Shown here in pieces: positions 19,203 through 27,281 of a stretch of 64,000 nt of DNA. Under the pieces are notes generated by a model that was not told the origin of the DNA, did no database searches, and saw nothing but the letters and a program-made list of their open reading frames with translations. Within the stretch, counting starts at the first letter, position 1, and each line of letters begins with the position of its first letter. A program made the translations under genes and the position numbers. The DNA lies in IMG/VR virus record IMGVR_UViG_3300035661_000001, positions 1-64,000 of that record. One strand, given 5' to 3'.

Positions 19203-19580
19203 ATGAATTTCAAAAACATGTTGGTCGGTCTCTTCTGTTCTATTGCTGTCGTCGGTTGCGCCGGCGGTGTAGGAGACGGCTGCTGTGGTTGGTCCGGGCG
19301 TGACATCAGCGGTGTTGGTCAGGTGAAGAAAGTTCGTCTTGATACTCCGATCCTTTGCCCGGATTATCATGAGGTTGACATTTCTCTTGGTGTCATGCGC
19401 AATGGTGTAGGCTCGATGTCGACGAATGATATGACGCTGTTCATTCCGGAAAATCTGGTTCCAGAGTTGAAGAAGGCGGCAGAAGCTGGTGCTCTCATTA
19501 ATTTTACTTATGATGAGCGCCGTGCTAGTTGGTGTGTTGGTACCACCGACCGGCTGACTTCATTCAAGTTGGCTCAGTAA
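19203..19580 (+). CDS. putative lipoprotein
   Basis: Signal peptide with VVGC lipobox. Confidence 0.75.
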   Translation: MNFKNMLVGLFCSIAVVGCAGGVGDGCCGWSGRDISGVGQVKKVRLDTPILCPDYHEVDISLGVMRNGVGSMSTNDMTLFIPENLVPELKKAAEAGALINFTYDERRASWCVGTTDRLTSFKLAQ

Positions 19581-19584
19581 AACA

Positions 19585-19899
19585 ATGCCTGAAAATAATT
19601 GGGCACAAGCCATTCGAGATCAAATCAAGAAGGCGGAATACGACACGACGCCTGAGGGTAGGGCAGACATCGCGTTAGATCAGTTGCCACAACAGGTTTA
19701 TCGCGCCAAAAAATCGCGTGAAAAAAGAGTTGTAATCTGTTCCCTTTGGAAATGGAACGGTGAAAAAACGCTTAATGATCTTGTTGGATCTGATAGGATC
19801 ATTGTTCAAAAATTGATGGCTGAAGGATTCAGTCCTTTCATTCATTATAATTATGACGACATGGACGGTGGTAGATACTGCCTTTGTTTGCCGGTGTAG
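19585..19899 (+). CDS. hypothetical protein
   Basis: ORF track. Confidence 0.7.
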   Translation: MPENNWAQAIRDQIKKAEYDTTPEGRADIALDQLPQQVYRAKKSREKRVVICSLWKWNGEKTLNDLVGSDRIIVQKLMAEGFSPFIHYNYDDMDGGRYCLCLPV

Positions 19900-19914
19900 T
19901 GCTTCAAAAGTTTT

Positions 19915-19981
19915 AGGTGGGTTATAGGAACCCTTCTTTCTAATTTACTTAAAATAAAATAGGGTTTCTGCTTCCCCATCT
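19915..19981 (+). ncRNA. Conserved hairpin motif, copy A
   Basis: AGGTGGG-TTAT-AGGAACCCT-TCTTTCTA...AGGGTTTCT-GCTTC-CCCATCT. Confidence 0.75.
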
Positions 19982-19996
19982 TTTAGCGAGGATATA

Positions 19997-20563
19997 ATGG
20001 ATAGTCCGTTCTTTAGCAAGGCTACAATCGTTAACACACTACATCGTCAGGTCAAATGGCTTACCGAAGAAGAATTGTCTTCTCTCGCTGAGCAATATTC
20101 TTATGAAGACAAGGTCTTGCATAGTGGTTGGGGTTTCTGCCACCACATTGTTCATCAGGGCTATCTTCGATCTTTTGTCAACTTTTGCAAGCATAAGTTT
20201 GATTCAAAAGTAAAGAAGCGTCAGACTCCTCCCCAATCAAGAATCAGAGAAGTAATTTCTCGTACCATTGATATGGGAAGTGTTAACATTCCTGATGCAG
20301 AAAAATACGATATTTTTGCCCGATCGATCGATTGGACTATCTATTCAGAGTTCGTGAAGCAAAAGATAGCTCAGAAAAAAGATCTTACGAATGACGAGAA
20401 GCTCACGCTTCTTGTTAAACGTTATCATGAATCTGGGCTTGACGGCAAGATCATGAAATCGTGGAAGTGGCGTTCACAATGGTTGAAATCTATTGACGCC
20501 ATCCATTTAAAAATCGAAGATGAAGAAGACGAGCAGTACGGTTACGGCATGTACGGTGGCTGA
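19997..20563 (+). CDS. hypothetical protein (N-domain shared with 20576-21529)
   Basis: LH.Q..WL.E.E...LA....Y.D....SG..FC..RQ.PP motif. Confidence 0.8.
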   Translation: MDSPFFSKATIVNTLHRQVKWLTEEELSSLAEQYSYEDKVLHSGWGFCHHIVHQGYLRSFVNFCKHKFDSKVKKRQTPPQSRIREVISRTIDMGSVNIPDAEKYDIFARSIDWTIYSEFVKQKIAQKKDLTNDEKLTLLVKRYHESGLDGKIMKSWKWRSQWLKSIDAIHLKIEDEEDEQYGYGMYGG

Positions 20564-20575
20564 GGACAAACAAAA

Positions 20576-21529
20576 ATGACCAACAAATTGACTCCACAGC
20601 AAGATCATTTGGCTAATCAACTGCATGAACAAATGCAATGGCTTCATGAACATGAAATGAGAGATCTAGCCAACATCGTTGGTTATGATGATTGTTTCGC
20701 CTATAGTGGCTTGCTGTTTTGTCGATACGTTGTGCAGAACGATTTGACCAGTACGCTTGTAAAGCAGGCTAGCGTATATACTGATCGAGTTAGTCTTCGA
20801 CAGAATCCACCCATCGATAAGGTGAGAGAGATTCTTCTTGAAGCCTTCCAGTTCAAGGGAGAAGCCGTTGAGACATTCGCAATGGATGTTGATATGAAAG
20901 TCTATGCGGCGATGAATGATGGTATGTCATGTTCGCAGCGAAACAGACGCCGGTTCTTTGAAAAATCTGAAGGCAAAAAACTGGATAAGTTGTTTGAGCT
21001 GATGACACCAGCTCAGATAATGAAAGGTTTGTCTTCCGCTCATTGGCATAAAGCTTTCTTGCAAGCCATCGATTTTGTTTGTGGCAAAGAAGAAATGCCT
21101 CTTCTGTTTGGCGTGAAATCAAATGGAGTGTCTGTGGATCGTGATCTGTTGACTCAACAACGTCATGATGCGCAAGTAACTGCCGCTTCGTTTGCTAGAC
21201 AAAGGCAAGCTGCCATTCATGAAATGGAGCTAGAGGAAATGAAGCGTGACGCTGCTGATCAAAAGAGATTGGCTGAAAAATACGCCGCCGAAGCTGCGGA
21301 AAGAAAACTTGAACAGGTTTCCGAAAAGAAGATTGCTCCTGTTCAACAAGCAGTAGAATCTCCCGCGAAAAGATATAGCAATACAGATCCGTATCAATAT
21401 GATCTGTATTACCAGCAACAGCGCGAGCGACGAGAGAATGGATATGCTAGAGAGCCCGTGAATGAGACCGAGCGTGCTGAAGAGCATGCTTTTACTTGGG
21501 GCAATGGGGCTAGACCTTCCTTCTACTGA
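20576..21529 (+). CDS. hypothetical protein with coiled-coil C-terminus (paralog of 19997-20563)
   Basis: Shared N-domain; A/E/Q/R-rich tail. Confidence 0.8.
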   Translation: MTNKLTPQQDHLANQLHEQMQWLHEHEMRDLANIVGYDDCFAYSGLLFCRYVVQNDLTSTLVKQASVYTDRVSLRQNPPIDKVREILLEAFQFKGEAVETFAMDVDMKVYAAMNDGMSCSQRNRRRFFEKSEGKKLDKLFELMTPAQIMKGLSSAHWHKAFLQAIDFVCGKEEMPLLFGVKSNGVSVDRDLLTQQRHDAQVTAASFARQRQAAIHEMELEEMKRDAADQKRLAEKYAAEAAERKLEQVSEKKIAPVQQAVESPAKRYSNTDPYQYDLYYQQQRERRENGYAREPVNETERAEEHAFTWGNGARPSFY

Positions 21530-21542
21530 GATACAAAAATTT

Positions 21543-21606
21543 TGGTGGGCTATTAGAATCCTTCCTTCTACTCTTTTTAAGCAACAGGGTTCTGGCTTTC
21601 CCATCA
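21543..21606 (+). ncRNA. Conserved hairpin motif, copy B
   Basis: TGGTGGG-CTAT-TAGAATCCT-TCCTTCTA...AGGGTTCTG-GCTTT-CCCATCA. Confidence 0.8.
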
Positions 21607-21618
21607 GTTTCAACTAAC

Positions 21619-21675
21619 ACTGGCTATCAAGGATCTTCCTTCTACTTTGGCGTTTCAGATCCTTGGCTTTCCAGT
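21619..21675 (+). ncRNA. Conserved hairpin motif, copy C
   Basis: ACTGG-CTAT-CAAGGATCT-TCCTTCTA...AGATCCTTG-GCTTT-CCAGT. Confidence 0.8.
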
Positions 21676-21697
21676 TTTTCTACAAAGGCAAAAACAA

Positions 21698-23788
21698 ATG
21701 AACAACGCTGTCAACATTCTTCTTCGTCATAACTACATCGAAATTCCTACTGGTAGTGGCGAATGTTCTGCCCAGGATCTTGCTACGGTACTGAGCAATT
21801 TGTCCTACTATGGACGGGCTCTCAGTGTTGATGCTTATCGGGCAGTGTGCCGATTGTCTCACGAAGAATTGACTCGTTGGTGGATGGTGATTGATAAGCA
21901 GCTCAGCGAGATCACTGGTGATAGTCGCAAAATGGATCGTTTTGTTGTCTATAAGAACTTTCCCAATGAAGTTCTCAGCAAGAGCGAAGCTGACTATTGG
22001 ATCCCCCAGATCCTTATGTATTGGGGTTTCCCTAATGATCTTTTCACTCAGCCCGAGGAGAAGCGCCCTGTCTTCGCAGAGAAGGGCAAGGCAATCGTTT
22101 TGTCCCGTGCTCGGAACGAGAGCCTCAATGATATCTTCGTCGCTTACCTGGCGGTCCCTGCGCGCTGGAAGAGCCATGAGAAAGATGATACTCTCTATCT
22201 GGCGGAGCACCTGCCGTTGCCGGCAGATAAGATTGCGTTCAAAGAGAACCTGATTACGCTTGCTACGCATTTCATTGACAGCAATGTGCCACTGCGAATC
22301 TCTTCGGCTACGGACGTTCTGCGTCTTGCGGTTGGACTGAGCAATGGTGATGTTTCTTTGGTGACGAAAAGCAAGTTCGTTTCTTTCCGTCGTCCCGCCC
22401 GTCGATACTTGTGTACTCTTCTGGAGAATAGTTCCAACCTGAGCGACGATATTGCTCGCCGTCCTGAAATGTTCAAGCGTCTTTTGCACCAGCTTCATCC
22501 TGGTGATTTCATTAAGGCATGCCCTAAGACTTGTGAGGTCATGGATAAGCTTTACTTTAACAAGGTAGAGTCTTATAACTCCAAGATCGAAAAGATGATT
22601 GCCGACAAGAATCCCGAGGTTCTCAAGGTGCTGGCTGGTCGTGCTGGTGAATTCCGCCGCCGTCTGGTTCATATGATTGAAATCTTTGGTGATAAGGCGG
22701 TCAAGGCTTTCAGTGATAAGAAGGTTCTTGCCAAGCTGACCAACGGTCAAGTGGTGGCACTTCGTACCTTCTTGGAGACTGTTAACACGAGATTTCATCG
22801 TGTGTTCCCGCCTGGTGGTAACTGGAACAAGCTTCAGATTGGTGAGGCTAAGTGGGTCGAAGAGACCCATCTCTTGGCACTGATCGAGGTTCTCGGAGAC
22901 GTTCTCAAGGACCGTCTTCCCAAGATCAAGTATCTTGATCCGAAGTCGGCGATGATCAAGTTGCCGAGTAATGGAGACGCAGGCGAGTACACGCGTGGAA
23001 CTTCGTTCCCGATCCCAGAAGGAATGACATTCATCCGTTCGGCAAGCTATTGGAAGATCAGTAGTAAGGGCTACGTCTGGTTTGACAATGGTTGGAACTT
23101 CTTTACTGACGAGTGGAAGAACATGGGTTCTGTCGGTTGGAGAGATCCGTTCTTCGGCGGTGTTGCCAAGAAGGATCGACGCGGGTATCTTACCCGTAGC
23201 AATGAGGATGCTGCGGCAGTCTTCTCTGGTGATCCTACCAATACCAAGGAGATGAAGGGTCGCGCTTGTCAGATGATCGATCTGTATCTGGAGCGATTGA
23301 AGACTGAGGGAGTGCGCTATGCTGTGTGGAACATCCTGGCATACAGCAAGATTCCCTTCTCTGATGCTGAAGATGTGTTCGCTGCCCTTCAGTGGGGCGA
23401 GCATGCAGCAGAAGGAAAGCTGTTCGAGCCGGCGCGATGTCAGGTTGCGTTCCCGCTGACCAGTAAGCAGATGACCAAGTACATCGTGATGATCGATCTT
23501 GAGAAGCGTGAGATGATTTATCTGGATGCTAACTTGGCGGGCGATGTCAGTTCTGCTGGAGCTAATGGCGATCGGTTGGAGAAGACCATGCCTGCGATGG
23601 TTGAGTATCTTCGGTCTCTCCCATCCGTTCATGATCTGTTCATTGAATCAGTTGCTCCGGAAGGTGAGCTGAGCATCATGTATTCCGACAAGGATGTCAA
23701 GCTGGAGGGTGGGAAGGCATTTGTTTTTCGCCCAGAGAATAAAGAAAATCATTATACCAGAGTGGGAATCAATTCTCTACTTACATAA
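21698..23788 (+). CDS. MXAN_6230/SCO0854-like protein with C-terminal TerD-related domain
   Basis: VYKNFPNEV...PQILMYWG, RPEMFKRLLHQLHPG, RAGEFRRRL, then FSGDPTN...ACQMIDLYL...REMIYLD; family recalled, not searched. Confidence 0.65.
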   Translation: MNNAVNILLRHNYIEIPTGSGECSAQDLATVLSNLSYYGRALSVDAYRAVCRLSHEELTRWWMVIDKQLSEITGDSRKMDRFVVYKNFPNEVLSKSEADYWIPQILMYWGFPNDLFTQPEEKRPVFAEKGKAIVLSRARNESLNDIFVAYLAVPARWKSHEKDDTLYLAEHLPLPADKIAFKENLITLATHFIDSNVPLRISSATDVLRLAVGLSNGDVSLVTKSKFVSFRRPARRYLCTLLENSSNLSDDIARRPEMFKRLLHQLHPGDFIKACPKTCEVMDKLYFNKVESYNSKIEKMIADKNPEVLKVLAGRAGEFRRRLVHMIEIFGDKAVKAFSDKKVLAKLTNGQVVALRTFLETVNTRFHRVFPPGGNWNKLQIGEAKWVEETHLLALIEVLGDVLKDRLPKIKYLDPKSAMIKLPSNGDAGEYTRGTSFPIPEGMTFIRSASYWKISSKGYVWFDNGWNFFTDEWKNMGSVGWRDPFFGGVAKKDRRGYLTRSNEDAAAVFSGDPTNTKEMKGRACQMIDLYLERLKTEGVRYAVWNILAYSKIPFSDAEDVFAALQWGEHAAEGKLFEPARCQVAFPLTSKQMTKYIVMIDLEKREMIYLDANLAGDVSSAGANGDRLEKTMPAMVEYLRSLPSVHDLFIESVAPEGELSIMYSDKDVKLEGGKAFVFRPENKENHYTRVGINSLLT

Positions 23789-24328
23789 TGAATGTTTGTA
23801 AACTCTTTCTAGCCAATCAAAAAATTGTTGTTTAGACATATTATGTTTGGCTACGTTGCATGTAAAACAACACGTAACGCAATTCGCCAACGTATGTGAT
23901 AATGAGTTATCAACTCTATCTAAACCATTATAAGTGAACTGATATTGATCATATCGTGGTCTATTTTTGGGACATTTATTAACTGTGTGAGCCGGAGCAC
24001 TACCACAATAGTGGCAATTCATCTGGCTCATTTCAAGAAATTTTTCAAAAGTAATATCTGCTTCACCATAATTATGGTGATAGTAGATGGCATTTGCTGA
24101 AACTATTCTTGGAACTACAAATCTTTTGGTCAAATCAAAATGTTGACCACAATTTTTAATTTCCCCATTACGTAGTAGGGCTCCAAATACAGTATGATAA
24201 TTACCGCAAGAACAAAGGCATTTCCAATATATCTTTTTTCTTTTTGTGTTGCTAAATACTGTATCTGACTTTTCTATTACTGTAAGTAATCCAAATGTTT
24301 TTCCGGTTAAATCTATGAGTTTTGACAT
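23777..24328 (-). mobile_element. HNH homing endonuclease inserted in the 3' end of the TerD-like gene
   Basis: DLTGKTFGLLTVI..WKCLCSCG N-domain; CHYCG...GLDRVDNS...NCVTCCFTCNVAK; AT-rich. Confidence 0.85.
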
Positions 24329-24379
24329 ATCTGTTGTTCTCGTATTGTAATCGTTTACAAAGATAACAGATTATTTATA

Positions 24380-24433
24380 GAAAACAAAGACAACGTCTAC
24401 GATCGAGTTCCGCTCAACAAGTTGTTGGGCTGA
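24380..24433 (+). pseudogene. Displaced ancestral 3' end of the TerD-like gene
   Basis: Encodes ENKDNVYDRVPLNKLLG*, versus the current C-terminus ENKENHYTRVGINSLLT*. Confidence 0.75.
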
Positions 24434-24444
24434 GGTATTCCAAC

Positions 24445-24900
24445 ATGAATATGTATCTCGCGGCTTTGCATCTTACCAAACGTGAAGTATTTGAAAATGC
24501 TATGCGGCGGTTTCAATTCAGACGAGAAGAGAGTCTTCTTGTAATTCATGATGGTAAGATGTGGTTGTTTGAACGTAAAGACAACTCAGTTTCTATCAGA
24601 CCCATCCATGGTTTCGTGGTGGGACTGGTACAGGAGGATTGGAATCCTGATGGCAAAGCCGGCAAATATACCAGACATACCAGATATGTTGCTCAAATAT
24701 CTTGGAAGTCCGGCGGCGAACCAACCGGCAAGTGGTTCTCCCATGAAGTTGATTCAACTATTTCTACAGCCTATGTATTTTGGGAGATGAAGAATCTCAA
24801 TACATTCCTTGATAATTTTGAAGATGATTTCTTCAAATTGAAACAAGGTAAGGAGATATTCCTAGTTCCTGTCACAGTAGAGCTGGGTAAAATATCGTAA
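24445..24900 (+). CDS. hypothetical protein
   Basis: GAGG SD. Confidence 0.7.
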   Translation: MNMYLAALHLTKREVFENAMRRFQFRREESLLVIHDGKMWLFERKDNSVSIRPIHGFVVGLVQEDWNPDGKAGKYTRHTRYVAQISWKSGGEPTGKWFSHEVDSTISTAYVFWEMKNLNTFLDNFEDDFFKLKQGKEIFLVPVTVELGKIS

Positions 24901-24906
24901 AGTTTC

Positions 24907-24992
24907 GGCGGGCTATGAGGGTTCTTCCTTCTAAATTAAAAAGCCTCGGGCTAATAACCCGAATAAAAATCTAGAGCCCTCGCTTCCCCGCT
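24907..24992 (+). ncRNA. Conserved hairpin motif, copy D (extra TCGGG/CCCGA hairpin in the loop)
   Basis: GGCGGG-CTAT-GAGGGTTCT-TCCTTCTA...AGAGCCCTC-GCTTC-CCCGCT. Confidence 0.8.
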
Positions 24993-25012
24993 ATTTTTGT
25001 TTGGAGTATACG

Positions 25013-25243
25013 ATGAGAGAAAGTGGATACTATTGGGTAACATGTTCTATTCTTGGATGTATCCATAATGATCATGATAAACCGCAAGTTGCTTACTACA
25101 ATAGTGAAGACACGGATCAGCCATGGATGTTAATCTATGACGAAAACACTTACAATGAGAGAGACTTCCGTGTGATCGAGAAGGTCTCTTCGCCTCCAAT
25201 TGAAGGTCGCCAGCGTGTAACGCTTGCTTCGCCAATTGGTTGA
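25013..25243 (+). CDS. small conserved phage-type protein
   Basis: GGAG SD; MRESGYYWV...W...W pattern. Confidence 0.7.
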   Translation: MRESGYYWVTCSILGCIHNDHDKPQVAYYNSEDTDQPWMLIYDENTYNERDFRVIEKVSSPPIEGRQRVTLASPIG

Positions 25244-25256
25244 AGGATAAAATTTC

Positions 25257-25319
25257 GGTGGGCTATAAAGATCCTTCCTTCTATTTTGGTTTAAATTTCA
25301 GGGTCTTTGCTTTCCCATC
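25257..25319 (+). ncRNA. Conserved hairpin motif, copy E
   Basis: GGTGGG-CTAT-AAAGATCCT-TCCTTCTA...AGGGTCTTT-GCTTT-CCCATC. Confidence 0.8.
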
Positions 25320-25355
25320 AACACTTAAGCGCTCTTCAAGAAGGAAACGCGATAC

Positions 25356-25688
25356 ATGAGCGGAAACTATCAACGCTGGAGTGCAACGATACGTAACTGG
25401 TTTGAGTTCGTGCTCTCTTTCTGGGAAGACGGAACGGATCTCGATCCGCATGATCATGGCGGATCGTCGGGATATGTTTTTCTTTGGTGGGGTGAACTTC
25501 ATGAAAGATCGTTCGTAGAAGAGAATGGAAAGCTAGTTCAGAAGGATCAACTGGTAATGCGGGGTCCTGCTTTCAATCGAATCACCGCTTCTGATATCCA
25601 TGACGTTAAGGCATGTGGGTTTGCAATGGCGACCCATCTGTACTATCCTCCAATCAAGAACGGTAAGAAATTCAAAAGACCGGAGTAG
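25356..25688 (+). CDS. cysteine dioxygenase-like cupin
   Basis: PHDHGGS..V..GELHE...IHDV...THLYYPP matches the CDO HxH...H...HxYxPP pattern. Confidence 0.75.
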   Translation: MSGNYQRWSATIRNWFEFVLSFWEDGTDLDPHDHGGSSGYVFLWWGELHERSFVEENGKLVQKDQLVMRGPAFNRITASDIHDVKACGFAMATHLYYPPIKNGKKFKRPE

Positions 25689-25741
25689 ATTTTACGTATG
25701 GCAAAGAAGAATTCTTCGAGGCAAGAGACGCAAATCTTGGC

Positions 25742-26071
25742 ATGCGTCGGGTTTCAAGAGCAATGGTCACGGGACTTTCTCTTGATCTTTTAGAAATGGA
25801 TCAACGCATTCAAGTATACTCATTGTATGGGGATCTTGAAGAAGATGTTGGATATATTCCACGTAAGACCGGACTATTTTTTCCTGTAGGCATTCCTTCT
25901 GCAGAGCATGAGATTGCTCATATGGTAGAGATGCGCAACAAGGAAAGATGGACCATGACAGATTTTGGTTTCTCTAAATCAAATGATGAATGGAAATCTA
26001 CAAAAAATTTGTTCGCTGAATTTATATCACCTGAAATAGGAATACAAAATGAAAATTTTGATTTTAGATGA
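25742..26071 (+). CDS. hypothetical protein (start uncertain, possibly truncated)
   Basis: HEIAHMVE (HExxH); overlaps the next gene. Confidence 0.45.
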   Translation: MRRVSRAMVTGLSLDLLEMDQRIQVYSLYGDLEEDVGYIPRKTGLFFPVGIPSAEHEIAHMVEMRNKERWTMTDFGFSKSNDEWKSTKNLFAEFISPEIGIQNENFDFR

Positions 26072-26492
26072 TACTGTCCGACGGCTGAACGTCTTTCGTT
26101 TCTTGTATGAAGAGCAGGGTCATGAAGTTGTAACCGTGATGAAGTATCATGATTGCTTGGATCAATTGGAGTCCTATTTTCATTGGGATCTTTTGCATCT
26201 AGATCATGATCTCGGAGACTTCGTCGTTGATGCCGACTTCTATCTAGATGGCAATAACAAACGCCAATTTTACACTGGCGGTCATATAGTACAAGAGTTG
26301 CTTCGTAAAGTTTGGCTTGGGCATCCTGTCCCCAAACGAGTAATCGTTCACTCTATCAATCCACAAGGTAGGGCGATGAGCGATGATCTGAATAGATATG
26401 GTATTCCTACAACATGGGAGCCGTATGTTGATCCTGGTATTCGGATCCCATCACGAGATGATGGTGGGCTAGAAGAGGATGAAAATGTCTGA
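26049..26492 (+). CDS. cyclic-phosphate-processing receiver-like domain protein
   Basis: KILILDD...LHLDHDLG...TG..IV...IVHSINP.G signature. Confidence 0.75.
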   Translation: MKILILDDTVRRLNVFRFLYEEQGHEVVTVMKYHDCLDQLESYFHWDLLHLDHDLGDFVVDADFYLDGNNKRQFYTGGHIVQELLRKVWLGHPVPKRVIVHSINPQGRAMSDDLNRYGIPTTWEPYVDPGIRIPSRDDGGLEEDENV

Positions 26493-26832
26493 ACGTAAAA
26501 CCGCGCTGCTCTTTTTCCAAAAAGATATCGAAGAAGCTTTCCAGTTTTGGTGTGATAATAGTCAGAAGACTATCGGTCCTTTTCTGTTCCAGACTAGGAT
26601 GCAGTTTGGTTTGGAACTGATCTATTTTCTAGTTCCTACCGTTCCATATCATGGAAACACCAAGCTAGTATGGTCAAAAGCTGTCACAATATCGAAAGAA
26701 GAGCTATCTGAGGCTATGGATCTTTTGATTTGTAGTAGGAATTTGCGTAGCGAGTTTGGCTATTGGTTGAGAATTTCCGCCAACGTCAACGGCGTCGAGA
26801 TTGCTGCGATCCCTCACGATAAAAAGATTTAG
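26479..26832 (+). CDS. hypothetical protein
   Basis: GAGG SD; overlap. Confidence 0.65.
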   Translation: MKMSERKTALLFFQKDIEEAFQFWCDNSQKTIGPFLFQTRMQFGLELIYFLVPTVPYHGNTKLVWSKAVTISKEELSEAMDLLICSRNLRSEFGYWLRISANVNGVEIAAIPHDKKI

Positions 26833-27096
26833 GAATCCTAGAGATTCTAAAAAGAAGTTTGCTGAGTTTCTGTTGGGTAACCCCCGTTTGTCGTTTTCAA
26901 ACGACACATAAAACCAGCGCTCCCATCATCGGGGAGTAAAGGACATGGGCGCCAGGCGAAAGGCTAGCGGCAAATATCGGATAGGAGAATGAAGATTCAA
27001 GGCGTGGCGCTTTCAACCCAGCGTCAGACCAGCGATGATATCATTTTCCAGTGACCTCGATTAAGCGCTGTTAGATCACGAGTACCCACTGCCCAG

Positions 27097-27175
27097 GTGT
27101 TGTGGTGGCTAGGTGCCACGCAGCTTTCCTGTCTCGAAAGCTGAAGACCGGTTCAAATCCGTGGCAACACGCCCA
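27097..27175 (+). ncRNA. Non-canonical tRNA-like RNA, GUC (Asp) loop on an 8-bp anticodon stem
   Basis: GTGTTGT/GCAACAC acceptor; TGGC/GCCA D stem; CAGCTTTC-CTGTCTC-GAAAGCTG; GG-TTCAAAT-CC. Confidence 0.55.
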
Positions 27176-27281
27176 GTTTTAAGTCAACAACTTGACATAT
27201 AATGTCAAGAAATTGTTGTGCATTGTTTGGTGTAAATCTTTTCATTACAGAAGAACAGCTCATGAAAATCGCGAGATTCAA

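Noticed and set aside
21680-23632. 650-aa minus-strand ORF (also 28707-29837, 29922-31754, 12822-13412, 51377-52021, 63293-63964)
   Set aside because: Antisense shadows of strongly codon-biased + strand genes, with no motifs and unnatural composition
19915-25319. Repeated motif as a CRISPR mini-array or DNA operator
   Set aside because: Copies are dispersed, differ in sequence while preserving pairing, and lack uniform spacers; no cas genes are present
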